NCBI GenBank assembly: GCA_965601925.1
Contig: OZ271854.1
Coordinates: 1,920,001 to 1,984,000 of the forward strand
Source of the DNA: Alkalispirochaeta sp.
GTDB taxonomy: Bacteria; Spirochaetota; Spirochaetia; DSM-27196; Alkalispirochaetaceae
DNA length: 64,000 nucleotides
Reading direction: 5' to 3'
Shown here: positions 18,173 to 27,887 of the stretch, one piece after another
Numbering within the stretch: position 1 is the stretch's first letter
How the letters are laid out: every line of letters starts with the position of its first letter
Program-made: the position numbers and the translations under genes
The notes under the pieces: generated by a model
Told to the model about the DNA's origin: nothing
What the model saw: only the letters and a program-made list of their open reading frames with translations
Database searches by the model: none

Positions 18173-19603
18173 CTACCCCCACCGCATGTCGAAAAACTCG
18201 ATGAAGAGGTCGAACAGTATCGGGTCCACTTTCAGCTTCTGTTCGATGAATTGTTCGCGCATTAAGCTGATGGCTCCGTCGGGAGATAGCGGTGAACGAT
18301 ACTTCCGATTAGGATCGGTCAACGAGTCGTATACGTCGACGATCTCGAGCATTTTGGCTGGAAAGTACGCTATGACCTGATAGTCGATAAGCGGTTCCAT
18401 GGTGTAGGACATGACGTAGTTCTGCGTCGCCGCCGGGTTGGCCTCTTTGTACGCTTGAAGAAACTCTCGAAAGTATCCGTATCCGCTTGGATCACCGTAG
18501 TACTCGTGGTGATACCCGGTGATAAGGGCCGCTTCGCGCGGGTAGGCGGTCTTATCCATGACCGCGCGATACCCGATTTTCACATGACGCTCGACGGTCT
18601 CACGGTCGAAAGCTGCGTCACCCTCGTGATATTCGATGTCCTCCGCCTTTCCGACGTCGTGGACGAGGAAGCCGGTGGCGAACTTGTTGATTTCCACCTC
18701 GCTGAGCGCCTTCATGCCGCCGAGAAATACGTGCTCGAGGCTGAGGTAGTCATCGTGCAGGTGCCATAACAGTTCGCGGTAGCGGTGTTTGTAGTCCCTA
18801 TCGAACCGTATGCGGATGAGGTTCGCAATGCCGCGCGTCATGACTTGGCGGTTGTAGAAGAGCAAAAATTCAAGCCCGCTCAAGAAAACGCGCGTCATAT
18901 GTTGAACGACCGTGCCGTTCGACTTTTCCACGACCGATCGCACCAGCTCGTCGTCGTAGATATCCGAATCCACAAGGCGCATCGTGGACTTCACCATTTG
19001 ACGCGTTTCCACGACGAGCTCGCGGGTGTACGCCCGCGCTTGATCGTTTCCCAGGCGCAGCGCCTCAAGGAGGGTGGCGCGGTTGATCATCGTCGCATCC
19101 TGCGTCGCCGCGACGAGCGTCTCCGCAAGCTCCTCTTTTTCCACACTCCGTCGGCGGGCGAGCTCGTTGAGCCGGCTGGTCGTCCCGTGGAGCAGGCTCA
19201 TGCGCTCGTCCTGGGACATTTCGCTGTACGCGAGATACGTATCGCCGAAGTTACTGACACGCTCGGCGTCTTCAGCCAGCGGTTCAACCTCTACCGGCTC
19301 CTCCGGCGACGGTTCATTCGTCGGGGCAGACGGCGCGGCAGCGCCGGAAGACGACTGACGCAACTGCTCCACTCGCTCACGGATAGCTTGGGCCAACCCG
19401 CTGTCCAGGAAGTACGTCCACGCCTCCTGGTGCTCCCAAAAGCGGGCGTTGTTTTGGTGGAGCGCCCGTATCGGCACGGCTTTGATTTTTCCCGTACTGC
19501 GGCTTTTACAGATTACCGTCTGTCGGTCGGCGAGGAGCATGCGTAACGCCATGGGGTGTTCGCGAATGAAGGTATCGAGCCGCACAACTTTTTTCTTCGA
19601 CAC
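18173..19603 (-). CDS. HD-GYP-like phosphohydrolase
   Basis: HDVGK, HVKIG, HHEYYGDPSGYG, IVDVYDSLT-x3-RKY, VDP motifs. Start set at GTG 19603 (MSKKKVV), 8 nt after a promoter. Confidence 0.85.
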   Translation of the reverse strand: MSKKKVVRLDTFIREHPMALRMLLADRQTVICKSRSTGKIKAVPIRALHQNNARFWEHQEAWTYFLDSGLAQAIRERVEQLRQSSSGAAAPSAPTNEPSPEEPVEVEPLAEDAERVSNFGDTYLAYSEMSQDERMSLLHGTTSRLNELARRRSVEKEELAETLVAATQDATMINRATLLEALRLGNDQARAYTRELVVETRQMVKSTMRLVDSDIYDDELVRSVVEKSNGTVVQHMTRVFLSGLEFLLFYNRQVMTRGIANLIRIRFDRDYKHRYRELLWHLHDDYLSLEHVFLGGMKALSEVEINKFATGFLVHDVGKAEDIEYHEGDAAFDRETVERHVKIGYRAVMDKTAYPREAALITGYHHEYYGDPSGYGYFREFLQAYKEANPAATQNYVMSYTMEPLIDYQVIAYFPAKMLEIVDVYDSLTDPNRKYRSPLSPDGAISLMREQFIEQKLKVDPILFDLFIEFFDMRWG

Positions 19604-19611
19604 TCGTCGAA

Positions 19612-19640
19612 AGACTAAACCAGGATATCCCGCGGTGCAA
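19612..19640 (-). promoter_or_regulatory. sigma70 promoter for the HD gene (leaderless spacing)
   Basis: TTGCAC-N17-TAGTCT, 8 nt from the GTG. Confidence 0.65.
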
Positions 19641-19682
19641 CCATCTCGAATAAGGGAACGATCCGTGCAAGAATGGATACGC

Positions 19683-22406
19683 ATGGCCGACTCTTCAACC
19701 TTCGATATCGTGGACGCCTGGTATGAGCGAGGCGACACCTTGCTCGTGTTTCCATCAGAGGTGAGCGCCGCGGGGTGGCGCCGCGCGTTGGTTGAATCTC
19801 CCCGGCGGCGCGCGATTCGCTCCGACCGAGTGATCTCATGGGATGTCTTCAAGGAGCGCGCCGTGCCGGTCAAGCGCGGCCAACGCCCCGCCTCGCGGTT
19901 GGTCCGGCTCGCCTTTGCTCGCCTTCTCCTCGACGAGAATCGACGTTCGACATTTCTCTCTACCCTCGTCGAGCCCACCTTCGCCGAGTCCGGCGGCGCA
20001 TCGGCGTCGGCGATTGCGCGCATGATGCCCCAGATTCCCTTTCTTCTGCGCCATCGCGATTCCCTCCGGCGCGAACTCACCGCCGACTTGGACCACATCG
20101 CCGGGCGATACGATACCTTTCTCGCTCACCACGGTTTTTTCGAGCCGGCCTGGGAGCTTGCTCGTAGCGTCGCGCTCGACCACATCGGATGGCGTCCGAT
20201 AATCATGTGGAGCGAATTGTTGGAGGACTACGCCGAGTACGAGGCCCTGTTGGCGGACGCCGTGGAGACCGTATCGCTCCGATCGTCCGACCGGGCTGCG
20301 CAACGGGAGCTGCCCGTTGTGCGGTATCGGAGCAGCCGGGAGGAGATCGTCGCCGCCTTTGACGAGATGGAGCGCGCGCTCGACGCCGGGACGCCGATCA
20401 ACCGAATCGTCGCCACCGTCGCCGATCTGGAAGAGTTGCGGCCCTGGATCGAGGCGGAGGCGGCGCGACGCGCCGTTCCGCTGCGATTTGCCGTGGGGGA
20501 TACCCTTGCCGCCCAGCCGGGAGGACGCGTCTTCGACGGTATAGAGGAGGCGCTTGCCGGCGATCTGGGCGTTATTCCCGTATCGACGCTCCTGGGAGAC
20601 CGCAGCGTTCCCTGGAAGCACCACGACGTGAATACTCTTCTCGTCCGTTTCGGATACCTGGCGCACTGCTACAACGCGCCACGGTGGGATGAGGCGTTCG
20701 ACGCCGCCGAAGAGCTCGCCTCCGACGACGGTACGCGGCGTGGTGATCGGGCCGAACTCTTTCTCACGCTCCCGCAGCTACGACTTCTGCGCACACGGTG
20801 GCGGACCTTTGAGCGAGACGCCCGATCGATCTCCTCGGCTCAATCGGCGGCGAGTCTGCGTCGAGCGCTCAGACGGTTTCTCGACCATCATATCGAGGGA
20901 TCCGGCCACCCCGGATGGACGGATTACCGCGTAGGGGTCGAACGAGTCTACGAGACGGCGATTACCGAGCTTGCCTCCATCGTTTCGCTGGAGGAGTACG
21001 GAGTGCGAATCGTGCGTCCCTGGACGTTTTTTCTCGATGCACTGCGACAGCGGCGGTATGTTGCCAAGCAGGACGGCGGAGCGGTGACGATATACCCCTA
21101 TCGCGTCGCCGCCGGTATACCCTCGGACCTACATTGCGTGATCGGGCTCTCTCATACCGCGACGCGCGTGCGTACCGCGCCGCCGATCGGTTTTCGGCGC
21201 AACGAGTTGCAACGCATAGGTTGGAGCGGTCGTGATCGGTCGTTGCCGTTCTTACGCGCCTACGCCGCACTTCTTCCCGGTTCGCGCTTGAGTTGTGCCG
21301 ACGCCGGGCCGACCGGTGCCTCCGTTCCCGCCGCCGACTTAACGCCCACAAGCGACCGTCCCTTGCCGGTACCGACGAGTGCATGGGAGCGGGAGCGTGC
21401 GTGGTGGCGCGAGGAGGCGAGTTCGCGCCCCGACTCGCTATACCGCCCCCAGCGCGCGGGACTCGTTCGCGCTCTCGACACGACCCTCCGTCCGGTGCGT
21501 ACCGATTTCCGCACGGCGCCCGTCACCGACGGAGCCGTCCGTTCGGCCCTATCGCCGCCCGAGACGCTCTCGCCGGGCTCGATCGATCGTTATCTCGCGT
21601 GTCCGTTCAGTTTTCTCGTGCGCGATGTGCTGCGCGTGCGTCGCGACGAGTACGGTTTTGCGCCCGACGGCAATCGTCGACTCGGTACCATTCTGCACGC
21701 CGTGCTTGCGACGTTGAGCGGCTATCCTCCCGCAGACCGGGGGATGCGCGTCACGGAGGCCTTGGTTCATGAGTTCGATACTCCTGCCTCCCGCCTGTTT
21801 CTCTTTCCGGCCGGAAAGCGCGCCCGCATCGAGTATCTGAGCCGCGCGATTCACACCTTATTGGAAGACCCGCTGTTCGCCTCGCCGGAGGGCGGCTCGG
21901 AGGTCACGCTCTCGGTCTCGATCAATGAGGTAGCGCTCAAAGGGTTTGCCGACCGTATCGTGGGTCCGATCGACTCGGACGGCGAGAGTGGCGCTACCAT
22001 TATCGACTACAAGCTTTCGCTTCGCGAACAACACTCGCGGGCGGGTGCATTCGGCGTCGACGGAACCGATCCCCTTGCATGCCGAACACTCCAACTACCG
22101 CTGTACGCCCTGATGACCGAACGGCAGTTCGGTGTGCACGTCGAGCGGCTGGTATACGTCGATCTCAAGAAGGCGGGCATACGCATCATTGCGGACGAAC
22201 GGGCCGACGGGCGGCGATGGCAAGCGCGACGGGGATTCGAGATGTACGCCGAGCTCGCCTCTCGCCTGCCCGCCTTTCTCGACGAGACGGCCCGCTCAGT
22301 TCGTGAGGGGCGTTTTATGTGTCGCGAGGAGCCGGACTGCGGGCGGTGCGGTATTCGCAGCATCTGTCGGAGCTGCTTCGTCACTAAGAGGTACGGCGAT
22401 GGCTGA
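19683..22406 (+). CDS. addB: AddB/RexB-like PD-(D/E)XK nuclease subunit with Fe-S cysteines
   Basis: LSPGSIDRYLACPF, GFADRI, IIDYK, QLPLY, C-terminal CGRCGIRSIC; directly precedes a UvrD-nuclease gene. Confidence 0.8.
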   Translation: MADSSTFDIVDAWYERGDTLLVFPSEVSAAGWRRALVESPRRRAIRSDRVISWDVFKERAVPVKRGQRPASRLVRLAFARLLLDENRRSTFLSTLVEPTFAESGGASASAIARMMPQIPFLLRHRDSLRRELTADLDHIAGRYDTFLAHHGFFEPAWELARSVALDHIGWRPIIMWSELLEDYAEYEALLADAVETVSLRSSDRAAQRELPVVRYRSSREEIVAAFDEMERALDAGTPINRIVATVADLEELRPWIEAEAARRAVPLRFAVGDTLAAQPGGRVFDGIEEALAGDLGVIPVSTLLGDRSVPWKHHDVNTLLVRFGYLAHCYNAPRWDEAFDAAEELASDDGTRRGDRAELFLTLPQLRLLRTRWRTFERDARSISSAQSAASLRRALRRFLDHHIEGSGHPGWTDYRVGVERVYETAITELASIVSLEEYGVRIVRPWTFFLDALRQRRYVAKQDGGAVTIYPYRVAAGIPSDLHCVIGLSHTATRVRTAPPIGFRRNELQRIGWSGRDRSLPFLRAYAALLPGSRLSCADAGPTGASVPAADLTPTSDRPLPVPTSAWERERAWWREEASSRPDSLYRPQRAGLVRALDTTLRPVRTDFRTAPVTDGAVRSALSPPETLSPGSIDRYLACPFSFLVRDVLRVRRDEYGFAPDGNRRLGTILHAVLATLSGYPPADRGMRVTEALVHEFDTPASRLFLFPAGKRARIEYLSRAIHTLLEDPLFASPEGGSEVTLSVSINEVALKGFADRIVGPIDSDGESGATIIDYKLSLREQHSRAGAFGVDGTDPLACRTLQLPLYALMTERQFGVHVERLVYVDLKKAGIRIIADERADGRRWQARRGFEMYAELASRLPAFLDETARSVREGRFMCREEPDCGRCGIRSICRSCFVTKRYGDG

Positions 22407-25400
22407 CGGGGTAGTGCGGCTCGATGCGCACCAGCAGCGGGCTGTGCGCGTTCGCGATAACGTCGTCGTCTCCGCCGGCGCCGGGAGCGGCAAGACGCGA
22501 GTTCTGACGGAACGCTATGTAGCACTCGTCACAGCCGGCGTGGACGTCTCGCGGATTCTCACGCTTACCTTTACCCGCAAGGCCGCGGCCGAGATGTTCC
22601 AGCGGATCTATCGTCGCCTGCGCGACGAGGTAGCGCATTCGGCCGCGATCGAGGCGCAGCTCGACCACTTCGACGACGCGCAAATTTCGACCCTCGATAG
22701 CTTTTGCGCGGGCGTGTTGCGCGACGGGGCCGCGCGATTCGGACTCCCGCCGACGGTCGAGACCGACGAGGCGGCGCTGGAACGGGACGGACAGCGTATC
22801 GCCCTCGGCCTGATCCGGGCCCACGGCGATCATCCCGTGTTGGGCGGCTACGTCAGGCAGTACGGCCTCGGCGGAACGCTCACCAATCTCCTGTTGCCTC
22901 TCGCGCGATCCGTCCTCCGCATCTCCTCACCCATCGATTTCGACGTTCTGGCGAACCGGCAAGAACAGTGGCTCCACGGACGACGAGACGATCTGGAGCG
23001 ACGAATCGATCGTGTGGCGGGGCGCATCGTCGCCGACGAGACCGGCGGCGTGGGAGTCGGGCGCGTGCGCGAGGCCGTCGGTCATCACATCGGGCGGTAC
23101 GGCGAACTATACGAGGTTCTTTCGGAGCTGCCGCGTCGATTCGGCAGCGGCGAAGGTGCGGCGGCATTCAAGGAGGCGTTGAATCAACTGCTCGAGAAGG
23201 TCGGCTCGCGTCGCCGCGGGCTTCTCGCCGACTGGAGCGCCCTCACCGAGACACAGGAGCGGATCGATGAGATCAGGAGCCTCTACGAGGTGTTGACGCC
23301 GTTTCAGGAAGAGATTATCGCGACTCGGCGCACACGGGGTGTGGTGAGCCATCAGGAGGTCATGGAGCTCGCCGTGGCGGCTCTCCGAGACGACCACGAG
23401 CTTCGCAGCCTCTATAAGGAGCGCTTTCGATACATCATGATCGATGAGTTCCAAGACAATAACGCGACGCAACGCGACCTCCTATTTCTCCTCGCCGAGG
23501 AGCCGAGTCGATGCCGCGCCGGCGTGCCCGCGCCCGAGGCGCTCCGGCGAGACAAGCTCTTTTTCGTCGGGGATCAAAAACAGTCGATTTACCGTTTCCG
23601 CGGCGCCGACGTCTCGGTGTTCCGATCTTTGGCGCGCGAAGTTGCGCACTCCCTCGACGGTGGAGAGGGGGGGCTTATCAGTCTCGACACCAACTACCGA
23701 TCCGAGCCGACGCTCATTCGCTTTTTCAACTCCCTGTTCGCCCGCGTATTCGGCGAGGCCGCCGCGGAGTACGACGCGGAGTTCGAGCCGCTGAACCATC
23801 GCGCCGCCGACCCGGCCGTGCAGACCGACATCGTCCTCGCGTGGGTGCCTGCGGCAAACGACAAAGAGGAGCGTGCGGTCGACGGGCACACATCGGATGG
23901 GGAGGTGCTTGCGGAGGGGGTGTATGCCGAGGCGGCGTGGATTGCCGGGGAGATCAGCCGGCTCGTAGAGATCGAGCGGACCCACCGTTACGATGAGATC
24001 GCCATTCTTTTTCGCACCGGTTCGGATCAGCAAAAGTTGGAACGTATGCTGAGACGCGACGGCGTACCGTACCGGAGTCAGGTGGTGCGCTCCCTCTTTA
24101 CCGAGTCACCGGCGAGTGATCTATATGCACTCTTGCAGCTGGTCTACTATCCCGACGACCGCGAGGCATTGGCCGCCTACCTGCGCTCGCCGTTCGTGAT
24201 GCTCTCCGACGGCGGCCTCGTGCTCGTCCTCTCCCACAGCGGTACTTCGCCGCTCGAACCGCCGGCGGGTCTGGACCAAGGCGATCGGCGTAAGCTTACG
24301 GCGGCCGCCGAGTTGTACCGTGCGGTACGACTCCGGATCGACCGCGATGCGCTCTACGAGGTGATTCGGTACGTGTGGGAGGACGGTGGGTATCGGTATG
24401 CGCTCCTGCACCGCACGAGCGATCATTCGTATCTCGAGCACTACGATTACCTGTTCGCCTTGGCACTGCGGTACCGCGATCGTCCGGCGATAGAGTTCGT
24501 GGACTTCCTGCGGGGACAGATCGGGCTCACCGAGAAGGTCGACGAACTGGAGCTCCCGCCGGAAGACGGTGCGGTACAACTGATGACGATTCATAAGTCA
24601 AAAGGGTTGGAGTTCCCCGTGGTGTTCGTCACCGGTATGGACAGCGGGACGCGGCCGCGCATGGATCTCATCTGGATGGATGAACAGCTGGGACTCACCG
24701 TGCGCCTTCCCGATCCCGCGCCGGGTGAGCGTCTGTCCAACGTGTTCGAGGACTACGCCGCCGAGGAGGAGACGCGACGCGACCTCGCCGAGTTGCGACG
24801 TCTGCTCTACGTGGCGGCGACGAGAGCCGAACAGCGCCTCTACTTCACCGCCGCCGTTCGCAGAGGTCACCGCGGCGCCTCGCTCCTCGATCTGGTAGGC
24901 GAGGCGACCGGGTTCGATCCCGAAGCCGGAGTGATCGACGCCGCATTCGCGGAGATGGTTCGCCTGGAGATGATCGCCCCCATCACCGAGCGGGCCGTTC
25001 GCGAGCACCGTATTCCTCAGACCGCACGGAGAGACGTCCGCGAAGCGCGCGCGCTTCTCGATGCGGCGCACGAAGTGAGCCGGGAGGCGCGCGAAGTCGA
25101 GTTTACGCCCACGGGAATCAACGAGTTGCTGGTACGCTCGGACGGGTCGCCCGTGAGTGATGAGCTTTTTGACGAGGCCGCGCTACGCTCCTCCGCCGGA
25201 GACGACGGGCGTGAGGCGGCCGCCCTGGGAACGCTGACGCATCTGCTCTTGGAACACCTCGTCGCCGGCGAACCGCTTTCGCGTGATCAGTGGCTTGCCG
25301 ATCCCACGTGGGCCACCCGGATTTACGGCCCGGTCGATGACGCCGGGCACGGATCCACGGCGGCGATCCTTGAGGAGAGCTGGAATCTCGCGCAGCGATT

Positions 25401-25764
25401 TCTCTCCTCCGAGCTGTATCGTCGCCTTTCCGGGGGCGTGGTACATACCGAGTATCCCTTCGTTCTCGCTTTGGGAGAGCCCGCGGTATACGTCTCGGGG
25501 ACTATGGATTTGGTAGTCGAGACCGATGACGCGGTATGGGTCGTGGACTACAAAACCGACCGTCTGCTCGACGCCTCTCATTACGCCGGCCAGATGAGTA
25601 TCTATCGGTCCGCCGCCGGCGAGCTCTTCGCAAAGCCGGTCGAGCTCCGTATCTTCGGCCTTCGCGACGGGACGGTCGCCGAGGTGCCGGACAGATTGGG
25701 CGACATTCTATCGCTACTGCAGCTTCCGCAGAATCGGGCGAGTAGTGTAGGCTCACAGCAGTGA
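22399..25764 (+). CDS. addA: AddA/RexA-like UvrD helicase-nuclease
   Basis: AGAGSGKT, TFTRKAA, IDEFQD, GDQKQSIYRFRGA, TIHKSKGLEF, LYVAATRA; C-terminal GTMDL..VVDYKT. Confidence 0.9.
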   Translation: MADGVVRLDAHQQRAVRVRDNVVVSAGAGSGKTRVLTERYVALVTAGVDVSRILTLTFTRKAAAEMFQRIYRRLRDEVAHSAAIEAQLDHFDDAQISTLDSFCAGVLRDGAARFGLPPTVETDEAALERDGQRIALGLIRAHGDHPVLGGYVRQYGLGGTLTNLLLPLARSVLRISSPIDFDVLANRQEQWLHGRRDDLERRIDRVAGRIVADETGGVGVGRVREAVGHHIGRYGELYEVLSELPRRFGSGEGAAAFKEALNQLLEKVGSRRRGLLADWSALTETQERIDEIRSLYEVLTPFQEEIIATRRTRGVVSHQEVMELAVAALRDDHELRSLYKERFRYIMIDEFQDNNATQRDLLFLLAEEPSRCRAGVPAPEALRRDKLFFVGDQKQSIYRFRGADVSVFRSLAREVAHSLDGGEGGLISLDTNYRSEPTLIRFFNSLFARVFGEAAAEYDAEFEPLNHRAADPAVQTDIVLAWVPAANDKEERAVDGHTSDGEVLAEGVYAEAAWIAGEISRLVEIERTHRYDEIAILFRTGSDQQKLERMLRRDGVPYRSQVVRSLFTESPASDLYALLQLVYYPDDREALAAYLRSPFVMLSDGGLVLVLSHSGTSPLEPPAGLDQGDRRKLTAAAELYRAVRLRIDRDALYEVIRYVWEDGGYRYALLHRTSDHSYLEHYDYLFALALRYRDRPAIEFVDFLRGQIGLTEKVDELELPPEDGAVQLMTIHKSKGLEFPVVFVTGMDSGTRPRMDLIWMDEQLGLTVRLPDPAPGERLSNVFEDYAAEEETRRDLAELRRLLYVAATRAEQRLYFTAAVRRGHRGASLLDLVGEATGFDPEAGVIDAAFAEMVRLEMIAPITERAVREHRIPQTARRDVREARALLDAAHEVSREAREVEFTPTGINELLVRSDGSPVSDELFDEAALRSSAGDDGREAAALGTLTHLLLEHLVAGEPLSRDQWLADPTWATRIYGPVDDAGHGSTAAILEESWNLAQRFLSSELYRRLSGGVVHTEYPFVLALGEPAVYVSGTMDLVVETDDAVWVVDYKTDRLLDASHYAGQMSIYRSAAGELFAKPVELRIFGLRDGTVAEVPDRLGDILSLLQLPQNRASSVGSQQ

Positions 25765-26702
25765 GTTTGGATGCGCTGAAAGATGGCCTTACGTCGGTCA
25801 TCCGGGGAAAAGGCGAGGTCATCGAGCTGTTCCTCGCCGCTATTCTCGCCCGAGGGCACGTACTGATCGAAGATCTTCCCGGAACCGGAAAGACGAGCCT
25901 CGCCCGGGCGATCGCGCGCCTCATCGGAGGCGACGGCGAAGAGTTGGTCTATCGACGGATTCAGTTTACCCCCGATCTTCTTCCGTACGACATCACCGGG
26001 GTAGAGGTCTACGACCCGGCGCGGCGGAGGTTTTTCTTTGCCCCCGGACCGGTGTTTGCCCACGTGCTCCTCGCCGACGAGATCAACCGCGCCACTCCCA
26101 AGGTTCAGTCGGCCTTGCTCGAGGTGATGAATGAGACCCAGGTAACCGTCGGGGGTGTAACGTATCCACTGGCACCTTTTTTTCTCGTCGTGGCGACCGA
26201 GAATCCGGTCTCCATGGAGGGAACGTATCCGCTCCCTCTGGCGCAGCTCGATCGATTCGTCATGCGCATCTCCTTGGGATATCCCGACGGGGAGTCTGAA
26301 CGCGAAATTCTCGACACCGATCCGGGGCGGCGCGTCTTGCCGGAGCTCTCTCCCGCGATCTCCGTCACCGAGTTGATTGCGATGCGGGAAGCGGCGCGTT
26401 CCGTCTTTTGCCACCCCGATCTCAAAGACTCCGTCGTCGCCCTCGCTGCCGCTACCCGAGCCGACCGGCGGTTGCGCTACGGCGTCTCTCCTCGCGGATC
26501 GTTGCACCTCTTAGACGCGATGCGCGCACTGGCATATTTGCGGGGACGGGACTACGTGAGCGACCGCGAGCTTGACGACCTTGCCGTGCCGGTCTTGGCC
26601 CATAGAGTTCGCACCGTCGAGGGTGAACCGTCGGCGATACCGATTGTGAGAGAGCGCGCGGAGGAAGTACTGGCCGCGATGCGGGAGGCCGACGGTGTAT
26701 GA
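25761..26702 (+). CDS. moxR: MoxR family AAA+ ATPase
   Basis: DLPGTGKT, RIQFTPDLLPYD, LADEINRATPKVQSALLE, EGTYPLPLAQLDRF. Confidence 0.95.
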   Translation: MSLDALKDGLTSVIRGKGEVIELFLAAILARGHVLIEDLPGTGKTSLARAIARLIGGDGEELVYRRIQFTPDLLPYDITGVEVYDPARRRFFFAPGPVFAHVLLADEINRATPKVQSALLEVMNETQVTVGGVTYPLAPFFLVVATENPVSMEGTYPLPLAQLDRFVMRISLGYPDGESEREILDTDPGRRVLPELSPAISVTELIAMREAARSVFCHPDLKDSVVALAAATRADRRLRYGVSPRGSLHLLDAMRALAYLRGRDYVSDRELDDLAVPVLAHRVRTVEGEPSAIPIVRERAEEVLAAMREADGV

Positions 26703-27887
26703 GATCACGTTACGCTCTGCGATGCGGCCTACCGCTAACGGCATTGCTTTTTTTTTGCCGCCTCGGCGACGCTGATTCCGGGCCTCCTCAGGCGCGAGCC
26801 CGTGTCTCTCTTGGTGGGAACCGGGCTCGCTCTCGCCCTCGCGACGGCTTGTGCGGTGGGCGTCGTGCGTCGCGTTCGATTCGCCCGCGCGATCGTACGG
26901 CTCGAGCTGCCACGAGGCGTGTTATCGCCCGGCGAGACCGCGTTGCTGCCGTTTGCGGTGCACGCTCGCTCGGCACGCCTGCCGGCCGCGCGTGTGCGTT
27001 TGACCCTCGTCTCCGGGATACGACGCCTTTCAATCGAACTCGGATTGCCCGCCGGAGCGGCCGACGGGAGGTCGATTCGTACACCCGATGTGATACGAGG
27101 GCTGTATCGGCCCGCGACATTCGTGATGCGGTTTGCCGACATCTTCGGCCTGGTGGAAACGCGCATCGCGGGAACCGTTCCAACGGAGGGAAACGGCGCG
27201 GTAATGCGCGTCCTCCCCTACACAAGAGCGGTGTCCACGAGGTTCGAAAGCCGGGGCCTGGGTGCTCTACAACGCGATTCGTTCTTGTCACACCGTCGTA
27301 ACGACGACCACACGGAGATTCGTCCCTACCACCCCGGCGACGACATGCGGCGAATCAACTGGCGCATGTACGCTCACACCGGCGATCTGTTTGTCCGCGT
27401 CGGCGAGGAGGTACCTCCGCCGGCAAACGCGATACGTCTCCTTATCGATCCGCGGGGGCTTGCGCATCCCGAGGCGATCGATGTTCTTGTCGCGTGCGCC
27501 CTCGGCATGGCTGACGAACTCGTCCGGCGCGATTATGCTGTAACGGTGAGTCTTCACGATATCGGTGACGCGTTGCGACTCCTCGGCGATCCCGCGCGTG
27601 CGCGCTACGTGCTATCGGGCCTCGACCCCGAGCGTGGATTACTCCCCATGAGTTTCGGCCCGTCCTCGCGGGAGCGTACGCACGGCACACGGGGAGGCGA
27701 CGATGAGTACGCCGAGCCTTCGGTGCCCTCGGTACTCCCATTTTCGAGCGCCAGGGAGCTCATCGTCGCGAGCTCGCTGTCTCCTGCGTCGCCGTCGAGG
27801 TATGGAGCATCGGCGATACTGGCGTGGTATCGTACCGATGTGTCCACGGGGGAGGCGGATGTTCACCATCTCGGCGCGCTCGACTGA
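26699..27887 (+). CDS. DUF58 protein, frameshifted at a T9 tract (26748-26756)
   Basis: IRPYHPGDDMRRINWR motif in the 26802 frame. The coupled ATG 26699 is one frame off and joins if one T is removed. Confidence 0.8.

Noticed and set aside
19682..19685. Head-to-head genes sharing a CATG (HD ATG 19684, addB ATG 19683)
   Set aside because: A promoter plus GTG at 19603 gives a better HD start and removes the overlap.
21560..22406. Cas4-like nuclease or CRISPR association
   Set aside because: The Fe-S PD-(D/E)XK domain ends a ~900-aa protein paired with a UvrD-nuclease, which fits AddAB. No repeat-spacer array or cas1/cas2 was seen.
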